Shown here piece by piece: positions 1 to 11,522 of a stretch of DNA of 34,832 nt. Position numbers and translations under genes: made by a program. Position 1 is the first letter of the stretch; each line of letters opens with the position of its first letter. The notes beneath the pieces are model-generated. The model did not search any database, had not been told where the DNA came from, and worked only from the letters and a program-made list of their open reading frames with translations. Origin of the DNA: Trichinella spiralis (lineage: Eukaryota); the NCBI RefSeq assembly GCF_000181795.1, contig NW_003526943.1, forward strand, positions 8,215,331-8,250,162. Reading direction: 5' to 3'.

Positions 1-3000
1 TTCGACTGCTGTCGACGTGCAGCCAGCACTGACTGCAAATAGTGCAAGTAGCCCAGTCGCGAAGACCCGCCCGCGTTCCCAATTCCCTTCCCTGCACTCA
101 GACCGCTCTGAACCGTTGTCAACTGGACCCCAGGAGCAGAACGCTTCTTCGAGTCGTCATCGGTGTCGCCGACTTCTGTCACCGGTTCTGGAACATTGTG
201 CGACGATGCAGACAGTGATTCTGGAGCCTGACAAGCGGTTGGAACCGCTGGCAACGGCAGGGGCGCCGATGTCCCCGGCGACGACTGATCGCTTGTCGCC
301 ATCGCTTTCTGGGCAGCGTCCAATTCCAATTCCAAACCGACTGTAGAACTCCATTCGCGATAGCTGTTCACCAATTCTGAGCCAACGACGCTGGCCATCA
401 TGTTAACGTACTGCTGCACTTGTGAAACGCATTCGCTGCTGTCGCTTGATTCAGCTTAAACAAACAACAAATTGCTTTACGCAAAAATGCCCCTTTAACA
501 ACAGAAACCAACAATACCATTCAACTGTAGACAATTATTTTCTCGTCCATTTTCACATGCCTCTGAGAAGTGGAACATTTTTGCGCCATGTTCAGAATTG
601 GTCAAAATGTTTTCTTCATTATCACTGAAATAACAAATCAGCAAAATGAATTATTGATGAAACATAAATAAAAAATCATTATTCACTCCCACGTTTTAAC
701 GTTGTTCATTGGAGAAATGCAGTTTTCCACTACATCACTGCCAAAGTCAGCCACTGCGTTGTCATTGTTGAACTCCTGAAAATAATGCATTCTTATTTGA
801 ATGAATGAAATTTCATTTTTGTTTTATGTAAATTTAAGTAATTCCTTCAAAAAAAATATCTTAAAAACCTACACTGGGCGATGCCATGGTAGTGTCAGAA
901 TCGACGTATGCGCTCGAATGATTAGCAGCAATAGGTTTCGCATTGGACAACTCGCTCAACGCCAAGCGCATCGCTTCAGCCCGTTCTCGGGCATCTTTCA
1001 AACTTTGGCAAAGGAACAAATTAAATTTCTGCAATTGCCTTTCTCGATTTTCGTACATAATTCGGCCAGCTTCTTCTTGATGAGATAATTTTGCCTAAAG
1101 TGTAATTTCAATTAGAACAAAACATATTTCTTTTTATTTCAAATATAATTAAAAAATTTTTAACAAAAAACAATCTTTATGAACAAACCTCAAATTCAGC
1201 GGTGAGTTTGCATTCCAAATTCTTCAGCATCTCTCGCAAATGTAATATAATCGCATCTAAAGCATGCAACAACGTCTAATTGCATCATTTTCAAGTTTCA
1301 CGTGCGTCAATTATTTAGATATTATGAAAAATCATTTTATAAAAATGCATTTTTATTTTTATACAAATTTCATGAATTTAAATTTAAAATTATTGTAGTT
1401 CATTCTCTTTTAAAAAAATATAAACAATCAGTGTTCGAATACCCTTTTCAGCTAAGTGATATATTTGAGAACGAAGTGCTTCTAATTCACTTCTGAGATA
1501 TCTGTTCTCAGATTCCAAGTCCTGCATACGTTTTGCTAATTTCTTACTGATTGAAGCCATCTTCAACGCTGGTGCAGGGTCTACAATAAAAGCAAACCAT
1601 AACAAACACAGTAATGCACAATAAACTTGCAAAATTGTTGAAAAAAGTTTTAAATTACTCGGCCACTCAATAACTTGCTTGTAGAGTTTCAAAAAAGCTG
1701 CTTCAGCTGCTTTGCTACGTTTGCTCAGCCAGTCTACTTCGGCTTGAAAGCTCTTCAGCAAATGAGTAGCCCTTTTTCGTATATCCTGAAATAATTTTCA
1801 AAATTTACTACTGTCAGTGAAAAGTGAGGAACTTCCAAAAAAAATAACTCAACTAAACATTCATTCTATTTAATAGTAAAAAAAGTTAAAATATATACAA
1901 CTATATATATAATTTTTATGTATTCAAACAACAATTTGAAAAAATAATCTCTCATACTTCTGGAGTGTTTTTCTTGTATTCTCGACTGTTCTCGATTAAT
2001 CTTTGTCGAGAACACTCACTCTCATCTTGACGATTGGCAAGTTCAGCAGCTGTTTCATCTAGCTCTTTCTAAATAAAACAACAACATCAAAATAAAATGA
2101 TAAACTACTACAACTTCAACTCCAGTTGCGTTTCAAGCACTTTATTAGCAATTAATTATTTATGAAGTGGTGTTGTTTAACGTCATCATGAACATCACAT
2201 TTCAATGTAATCGTTGTACCACAGAATATAAAATCATACCAGAGGTAAAGATGAATTGTAAAATATGACTTTTTTGAAAAAAATAATTGCAATACATCAT
2301 GCCAGACTGTATGTATTCATTTTATGCAAAAAAGTATTCTTCGCAAAACATTTATCATCATTCACTGCATCACCGTATTCAGTCAAATGACAACTGTTGA
2401 TCAACAAAAATGGGAGTAATTTTTAAATTTACTTTCCCATTCGAACATCTCTCGTACAAGAGTGTGTGCAAGGAAAACTGTCAGCGTAATTTGAATTATT
2501 CTGTCTATGTGAAATGTACTACCAAAACCAAAGATCAATATAATTAATATCGATTTCGGACAGCATCACAACAAGACTATATTGGTTGTCATCCCATTAA
2601 CTAAATATTCACCAATGAACAAGTAGTTTGCACATCTAAGATAATCACCAAAATGATGACAGCTTCTGGTTAATCAATAGAAAAAAAATAAATGCCTGGG
2701 TAGGTTTTACAGGTAAGCATTCAATGTGACAATTCCCCCATCATTAACTTATCCATAATTGATCTCATCAACAATTTTACGCTCTAAGCATATGTATATA
2801 TATATACATACATATATATTAAATTTATATATTGAAAAGTAGTTTTGTCATTGATCACAAAAACTTTTCTTTATTATATCTCAAGTATTTCTCATTTAGA
2901 GGGGTAAATAAAAGTTTCGTGTCTAATGAAATCAATCGTCCCGTTTGCACAAACGAGCATAGTTTGCTGTTAGTCATTGATTTCATTTTTTTTCTCTTTC

Positions 3001-3377
3001 CCGCTCCAAAATTTACAACAAAAAGGATTACTGTGGCAAATAAATTCAAGTCCAATTTATTGATGAGCTGATGCCAGTAAAACTGGAGCTCACATTTCAG
3101 TTGTTCGTCTTTGCCAAAAAATCAAATGTATGAAAAGTCCACCAACAAAAACAGCAACATTACTTTTTAGACCATAACGCTCTACTGATGATCTAATAGA
3201 GAACTAAGTATACAAATTCATTTGCTGTAACTGAATTCAAACATTTAAATATGAAGTACCAAATAGCACCTCCCTCGATTAAGGTTTTAACATTGTTAGA
3301 ACTGCTGAATTAATAATAATATTATTATTGGTAAATTTAATTTGAAAAGTATAATAAATTGTCTCCCTGTTTACTTA
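1..3377 (+). repeat. Direct repeat copy 1 (~3.38 kb), near-identical to 31448-34832
   Basis: The sequence is colinear with 31448-34832 at an offset of ~31,456, with only scattered SNPs and small indels. The ORF track is duplicated (e.g. 157-354 vs 31613-31810, 861-1058 vs 32317-32514). Confidence 0.98.
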
Positions 3378-6300
3378 TATTTTTAGAAATTTTCCAACTG
3401 ATTAAATTATGATAAAAAAACAATACCACTATCCAATAGCAGCATACTGTGAACAAACAGAGACTTTATCATCAATTGCACAAGACTAATGGCGATAGAA
3501 TTGATTGTCTTACAAAGATGTGAAGCAATAATTGAAAAGTCATTGTTCGTTGACATCGGACGAACAAAACGTTCGTTCAAAACGAGTCGATCAATCAAAC
3601 CACGCCCCTGCGTTGAAGATACAATCCTTCACAAGAAATAACATTATTTTCATTATGAAACAAATGTGTCATTTGGAACAACATTTTAAAAATCATTTTC
3701 TCAAATTTTATTGCAACACTTGAATAACAAAGACAAGATTTAAAAAACTCACTTTACAAATTGTAAATTTAATTCAATAAGTTTACAATCAGATTAATTT
3801 GAAAACAGTAAATATGAAGGCTGAAACTGCTGCCACAAGAGAGTGTAATAATAAAGTTTGAATTTGCATAATCAATTTCAGGCAATGTTACGATTTAAAT
3901 GCTTGAAAATGGCATTCTCTTTGAACTTTAAACAAAAAGCAAATAAATCTATCTTTTCTATGCATGCAAAGAAAATTTTTGCTTTCTAAAATTGCATCAT
4001 TTTGGTATCTTTAAAACAAAATCAATACAATCATTCATCTAATCTGATTTTACTGTAAACTGTAAGAGATTTAATAAAACCAAAAGCTAAACAATAAAAT
4101 GATAGATTAAAAGTAAAAATACAAAAATATATATACATATTACAAGCAGTAACTAGTGAAACAAAGTGAAAAAAATTAAACAGTGCAAAATAAAAACATT
4201 CTGAATTAAATACTAAAAAACAGCCGGCTATATTAAAAATAAATCGTTTGCAAGAACCAATTTATACTTGAAACTTTTGAACGAGTAAAACTAAAAGCAT
4301 TATTTATTAAGAGATAGGTAAGCTGAAATAAAAATATTAACTGGTTTTTAACTTTTAAGACTATTAAAATATTATTAAAAACTATTTTAGTTCCAGCACT
4401 GCACTGAACAATTTAAAAAAGAACAAAATACAGCAGAGCTTAATAAATTAATTAATAGTTTCTATCATTACCTGCGACAGTGTTCTAATCTCTGCTCAAA
4501 ATGAATAATATCACAAAAATCAAAAATAAAATAAACAAATAAAGTAAATAAAGATGCAAAATATGAATAGATCAAAACGTTGGATTGAATATCTGCTCAG
4601 TACGCGTTATTATTCACAAGCGCTGATGTAAAGCTACAATGACGCATTCAACAAAAAAGGATTGCATCTAAAGTAAATAAACAAACATCTAACCCAAAAA
4701 CTAAACATCTAATCTGCAGAATTAAAATTCTGTAATGAATTTATCTTAAAAAATGTTTTCATATGAAAAAGAATAAATGACAAGTAAAAATTTCATCACT
4801 GTTTTTCTAATTAAAAAAAACACAACTTTTTTTCATAAATATTACATTTCAGGGTGTTTGCATTTTTCAAGCAAATCAAAGGCGCTCAAAATGGATTGTT
4901 GTGCAAACAAAGCAAATGATAGCATTATACAAAAGCATGCATCGGTAATGTTGATACAGAGAATTAAAAATTTAATAAAAACAGATTATGTATAAATATT
5001 ATTTAAATTAAAGAAATCATTTTGAAACTGCAAAAGAATAATAATCAAAAAATGAAAAAAAATGAAAATATGTAATTATTTAATTAATGCAATCAAGAAG
5101 ATAAATAAAATCAATTTACGTCAAATATCAGTGCTTTTATATATATTTCATTTCAGATGAGTTTGAATAAATTTCATCATCATCACATGAATAACATTGA
5201 AAATAACGAATGCATTGTTGTAAACTTTGATACAAGCTGCTATAATACAGTAAACGAAAGAAAATGTTTAATTGAATACTGATCAAATAACGCTTAAAAT
5301 AGTACATCCCACGCCCATATTTTACATATGTACTACATTTGAATTTTGAACAATCAAAATTGAAAAAATTCAAATCAAACTGTAAATTGGATACAATCGC
5401 TGTACGCAGTGAAGAACAAGCGAATGGTGGGTATGGTTCCAAAATTGTGTCCAATATCCATCCGAATTGTGGAAGAAGTAAAAAATTTTTTTTTCTTCAT
5501 CAAATATACATTACAACTGCAACAGTTTAATGAAGCTGAAGAAACTGTTTGTTGAACAAAAATCAATCAATAACATATTGCCTGCCCACTGTGCTGTCTG
5601 TGTTGTTCACAGTAGCGAAAATCGATCGAACCTTTTCATGTCGATATCATGGACACTTGTTAAATCTTTGACAAATTTTCAATAAACAGCCATCAAAATC
5701 GATCGAGCGAAACTTTCTTCTTTCTGCTCAGCAACAAAAAGCAGTAGCATTCTTCTTCATGTTCACACACAGAAAGTTGTCCATAGGAAAACATCTGCCA
5801 GTTTCTGCTTATAATCTTCTCGAAACAATGCTTTCAAAATACTTCATGTTGTTCATAATTGTACTATTCTCACTTTGATGAAATGTGAAGAAATGATCGT
5901 ATCCAATTCCAAAAAAAAATTATATTCTTCCAAAGCTCATCTAATTGAATATAAAAAAAATATCTATCCACCTTTCGGTCAATTGTTGCAGCGGCAGCAA
6001 TTCACCATTCATTTCATTATTCTCCCTCTTTTTCCAAAATTGATATCAAAATCAATTGACATCGTCGATCAGCTTGCAACCGACGAAGATGATTATTATT
6101 GGTGTTCATCTGGTTGAATTATTCAATTAACAATGCAAAAAGTTATTCAAGGCTCAAAATTATCGATCGTGAACATCGAAACACACGCACACACAAAACA
6201 AGCCATACAGTTTGATCGGAAACGACGTAATTAGACCATCCCCTGGACACCTGGGGCAAACAATCTTCTTCGCATTTCTTAGATGGCCATCAAACGTGTC

Positions 6301-9300
6301 TCATAATTTCGTTTTACAAATTAAACGTATATTTTTCAAAACAAAATAATTGAAATTTGCTGTACTCTTCACTTCTCCCCTATACCCCTCTTCCCCTCCC
6401 CCTCCCCCTCCCTCCCTCCCTCCCCTATACCCCTCCTTTACTTTTTTCCCCTCAATTTGACATATCAAACAATGAATACAAAGTAAACTCTAAAATTGAA
6501 AAAAATAACTTCAACAAAACATTTCAAATTAATGAAACATTCAAAATAATACATAATATGCACAATTTAATCTATTTAACAGATAATAAGAATAAATTTT
6601 TAATATTATTAACTATGCATCAAATAAACTGTTGCTTATTTATATCGTATTATATTTTCTGCGTTCGAAAATTGATCAGTGCAAAAAACGCTTATTGTAA
6701 ACTGATATTTTACAATGTTGAAAAGCGTACAAACGATGATGGAACTGGGAAAATATTATCATCATAAATACAATCATCTCTGCTTCGATTGCGAAAAGCA
6801 TTTCCAATTTGCTCTCAGCAAACTGTGAGGAAAGAAAATAACAAAAAAACAAATTCACAGCTGAAATTATAAAAATGCCCGTTTTCATTTATGATTTTTG
6901 AATTTTATGCACTGGCTTTATTCCTAATATTGTTTTTTGTACAGTTCGAATCCCGTTCCTACTGCTTGTCGCTTGCGGCAGCAGTCACGTATTCATGAAT
7001 ACAATTGCGCGTCATTTTTCTTCAACAAAAGCATTGTTCAACATTTTCCCTACTCTGCTAAAACTGAACAACATGTGAGATTTTTTATTGATCAAAAAAT
7101 ATGCAAAGCGTCTAGATGAAAATTTTCTGAAAATAATGAGGAAAAACAAATTGAACAAACACCACGTGCAAAAGCTGGATATCTGTTTCCTGATCAATCT
7201 GAACAACAAGCTGCATGTCATATTTCTCATTGATCATTGATCACTCATTATGAAATTAAACTCTTTTTTTACGACATTAATTTTAATTGGACAACTTGAC
7301 TTCAAAGAAAATATCTACTGTAAAACGCAACCAACTTCTGCTTTTTCCATTGCGCAGACATTAACCATTGACTTTATTAACTGACAATTATAATTCAATA
7401 AATTTTTTAACTTGCATATAATATATATAATTTTTGTATGATACTGTTTCAAGATCATGCAGCAGGCATCTCAGGCTGGGTAGATAAATTTACATTTTCT
7501 GCAAAACAATTTTGCATAATGGGATTTGTTACAACATGATAAAACATCCACTTTAAAATCTATCATTACAATTAAATTAGTAAATCATTCAACATGCAAA
7601 AATATTGAACAAAATGATATTTTTTAAGTAATATACTTGTAAAGGAAAAAAAAAGCAAAGTCCCGTAATAAATAAATACATAAATATTTTCAAATTAAAT
7701 TAAAATACATTATGAATTTTCTTATCAGTAAGCATTTTCGTGCATTGAATTGATTATTGATGAATTTTAAAAAAATTAATGAATGAATGAATGAATGAAT
7801 GAATTACAATTAATTAAATCATTGAATCATTGAGACAAAGAAAAAAGAATGAAAGCAAATAATTGTTGGTTTGCCAATATCCTTGATCCTTGTTCAAAGA
7901 AATTGTTCTAATTTGCCAACGTTTAAACGTTGCAAAGTTGCAAGTTCTTTCAGCTTCGTGCTTTGGATATGATTCTTGACGAAACTGCACAAAGCGTTCG
8001 CAGAAACAACGTGACGTGGACACTATTCCAATATCAGCTCAGCTTAATGCAAAGCTGAAGAAAACAAACTCGAAAGCCGGCTTAACATGACCATCGTCGC
8101 AACCACAAACCGCAGAGGCCGTAAAGCAAACAAACATCACGGCAAAGCTTACCAAGAGCAGACGAGCAACACGTAAGAAAGCATATAACAAGCCAGTCAG
8201 TCAATCGACAAAGCTTGACACAATCGAACAGTTCTAATTTCACTCAATCTATGCTGAAAAATCTTATTCCATCTATTTCATAATGTGTGAACACAAGATA
8301 AAAGCATGAAAAATTAAAATAAATTTGCTGAACCACCCAAACCAAAAATATTCACAGTGGAAAGAAAAAAAAACAAATACCAATAAACTGACGTTACAAC
8401 TACAGAATCTGTAGAATAGAAGAATATGCTTCTGTACAACTGAATAGAAACATTTACATACCGTATAAATTGCTTCAACATTTCTCTTCTTTTCACTGAA
8501 TTGTTAAAAATATAAGCAATAACCATTTGAATTTTAAAAAATATTAGCACAATAACTGAAAAAAATATATTAATTAATCAAATCTAGATCTACTTTTCAT
8601 TATCCAATACTGTGACTGCTGTAACAAATGTTATGAATCTACCTGTGATATATTTATTTAATGAAACACATACTGTTAAACTGCACTTCTCTTTCTATTG
8701 CTAAAAACTGAAACATTTTCTTATTGCTGCTATGCGTTCAATTTCCTTTAAAGTTGCAAAAAAATTAAATTATACCTGTATGATAATGAAGATTGATTGC
8801 ACTGTTGCGCATAAAATGAAAACAAATAGCAAAATTTCTTAAATATAAAGTACAAATAGCGAGAACATTTTATAAGTATATGTTTATTATAAGTAATATG
8901 AGATATGTTATTATAAGTAAACAGATTACTCTTAATAAATTATTTCACTCAAGCAATCAATCGTTTAATTTAAAAAGTATTTGTATTCATCATTTTGTTA
9001 TTTGCTTACAACACTAGGTATACAGGAAAAGAGAATTTTCATTTTCCAGTGCAAGCTTACAAATATTTGCAACTTTCAGCAACAATAGCGAAAGTTGAAA
9101 ATGCATTGCAAGAATGTTTTGTTTGCTACTTGCTTCAATTAAACACGAATGATCATGTTCCTATTAAAATAAGCAGATAACAGTGAGAAAATGAAAATAA
9201 ACAAAACATGTAATTTTTGTCATCTGATTTCGCCATTGTTGAATGGTATTTTTTAAATACAAGCATCATCCATATGTTAATTCAGCGTTTAATATTAAGG

Positions 9301-10402
9301 ACATTGATAAAAGTGCAACTGAATAAAGTATCATCATAAATGAACAATATACAAACATCAAAAAAAAAGTTTTTTTCCAAAATTTTGATACATAAAGGCA
9401 TTATGATTTAATGAATAAAAGTAGTATACAAAATATTGCTTCAATAAAAGAAACTGAAAACATGATTGAATAATTGTTCATGTATGACTTAAGAAAATTT
9501 CATTTCAATATGAATCATTTATGAAACCGTAGTTCAAACCACCCTCAGTTGGGGATGTGACAAACAGACCCCTGCTGTATTTCAGTTTTGAAATTTTGTA
9601 GCGTCTTTTTACATTGCATTAGGGATTTTTGAAAAAGCAATACACACAAGTATGTTTGGAAACTACCTTCAGTACATGGTAATTTTACACGATTGCAAGT
9701 ATGCAAACTTCGTCTGTAAAACTGTACATTGTTAGAATGAGGTGCAACTGCAGCATAATGCAAGCGTGGATTTCAGGTGCTGGCATCAGTCCATTTGCCT
9801 CTTCCTGCGCTTGTTTGTAGCAAGGATTGCAAAGCTCGAGTTCGCAAATAAATACCGGTGTCTCGCTTTAGTATAATTAAAAATCTGAGATATTTATAGT
9901 TCCGTTCGAATGCGCTGATCAATCTTTGAAATTATCACGCGCTGATCGATCAGCCAAGCTAATTGAGTTCGGATTTCCGAACTGAGGAGACCGAGGAAAG
10001 TGCTCAGCGCAACATTGAGTTGAACAAAAACAGTTGCAGGTAAATGAAAAATTCAAAAACAACAACCAAATAAAGATAGTAAAATTAATAAATAATATGA
10101 AAAAATGTCTATTTATTTACGTTTTGTTTTCCTCTCTATCTCTCAAACAGTGAAAGAATATTTTCATAAAACAGGCCAATCAAATCAATACATGGAAATA
10201 CAGTACACGTACTGTAGAAAAAGAAAATGATAAAAACTGAAAAGATCCGCGAAAAAAATAATAAATAATTGGTGTGAATGAATAAGAAAGAAGAAAAGAA
10301 AAGAGCAGCACATACCTGCAATGCGGGCAAATCGAACGTTTGCCAAAATTCACAAATCGCTTCCACGTCAATAGTGCTGTACGCGTACTGTTCAGCTTGC
10401 AT
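1..10402 (-). CDS. ceh-44: CUX/cut-like homeobox gene, 5' part (CASP-like coiled-coil N-terminus). Exons 10316-10402, 1958-2068, 1659-1785, 1443-1580, 1189-1256, 873-1094, 687(or 693)-775, 518-624, <1-454. Truncated by the window start.
   Basis: Manual splicing at GT-AG sites keeps frame: [115 protein letters not shown]...[16 protein letters not shown]. This closely resembles the CUX1/CASP N-terminus ([50 protein letters not shown]...). Intron 1 is 8,247 bp (2069-10315). Confidence 0.9.
6377..6436 (-). repeat. Polypurine/polypyrimidine tract, (GGGA/GGGGGA)n on the minus strand, G-quadruplex-capable
   Basis: cccctatacccctcttcccctccccctccccctccctccctccctcccctatacccctcc contains about ten C-runs of 3-5 in an otherwise very AT-rich intron. 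Confidence 0.8.
7778..7804. repeat. (AATG)n microsatellite
   Basis: aatgaatgaatgaatgaatgaatgaat. Confidence 0.9.
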
Positions 10403-10679
10403 GACGTGCTCTGATCAACATTATCAAGTTTACTTGATTCTTACAATTATAATTTAAAAAAATTAAAGCATTACTTGATGCTTCTGCTGCTGTCGCCTTT
10501 GCCTGTGGCTCTTCTGCTTTGTTTGTCTTTGTTTGCTTCTTCTTCTTCTTCTTCTGTATATACTGATCGCTTTTGTTTTGCGCTTTAACTTTGAAATCAA
10601 CAACAAATTCAAAATTTGTACAATAAATTCACCACCAAAATTGATGCTCTGGTGTGAAAAGATGCAAATGTGAAAAATG

Positions 10680-11290
10680 ATGATGATGATGACGATGGCC
10701 AAGTGCGGATTGTCAGTGTTGTAGTATACAATGATAGTGCAATGTCGGCGTTGCTCCACTGGCCAAGTCGGTGTCAAAGCTGTGCGGTTTTGCAACCGCT
10801 GTGGTCGATCGATCGCCAATACATGAACGCCGGTCGGACGGACGATTTTCTCGATTGCCTGATGGGTGATCGTCAAATTAGCCGGCGCCGATCGATAGCT
10901 ACTCTCTGACCACGGCCGGTTAAGCGCCACCGCAACAAGCTCGTCGTCTGCACGGTATACAGGCTGCTGACAAACCCCTCTGCTGACCGGCCAACTTTAC
11001 CATTCATTCACTTGGCTTTACCACCGGCCTCCCTGACAACAACCTCTTACACACTGATATGCTGGATATGCTTGTGTAGATTAGCTTTTTCCAGGGGATT
11101 GTGGAGGATGGACAATTTTTCACCTACATCGGCAATCGATAAATATTGATTTTTAACTTCAGAATGCACATGCCATCCTCGAAAACGCCGGCCAAGAGCC
11201 GTACTAGCGCGAGAACATAGGAAAAGATGAAGCCGGAAAAACGCGATGCTGAACAGAATTTTCAATTACAAATTTCCCAACGCGCCAACA
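10680..11290 (-). promoter_or_regulatory. CpG/GC-rich island upstream of the cut start codon; candidate promoter or 5' UTR region
   Basis: A markedly GC- and CpG-rich stretch with no recognisable coding, 0.3-0.9 kb upstream of the ATG at 10402. It contains a minus-strand GTAAG donor at ~11050 and several ATCGAT sites. Confidence 0.4.
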
Positions 11291-11502
11291 GAACTCAACT
11301 AAAATTAAAAACTACCAACAATACAACAAGCCACACAATACATTGTTATTCAAATAATATTCACTCACATTTGTAATTATTATTATCATTATTAATTGAT
11401 TTATTTATTTATGAAAAAAATAAAAGAAACTGTTTTTTTAATCTCTCCATACCACCACCATATTGCATACAATATACAATATACAATATATTGCGCATCA
11501 TG

Positions 11503-11522
11503 ATATATATATATATATATAT
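11503..11522. repeat. (AT)n microsatellite
   Basis: atatatatatatatatatat. Confidence 0.9.

Noticed and set aside
5137..6120. Possible nested gene or alternative exons in cut intron 1 (105-aa ORF 5137-5454; candidate exon ending at a donor near 5972)
   Set aside because: No recognisable domain and frequent stops. The [13 protein letters not shown] frame ends in phase 2, incompatible with phase-0 exon 2.
6357..6767. 136-aa proline-rich ORF
   Set aside because: Translation of the C-rich tract plus AT-rich intron; non-ATG start.
10463..10930. 155-aa minus-strand ORF upstream of cut
   Set aside because: Composition is driven by (GAT)n and (CTT)n microsatellites (poly-I, poly-R); non-ATG start and no homology.
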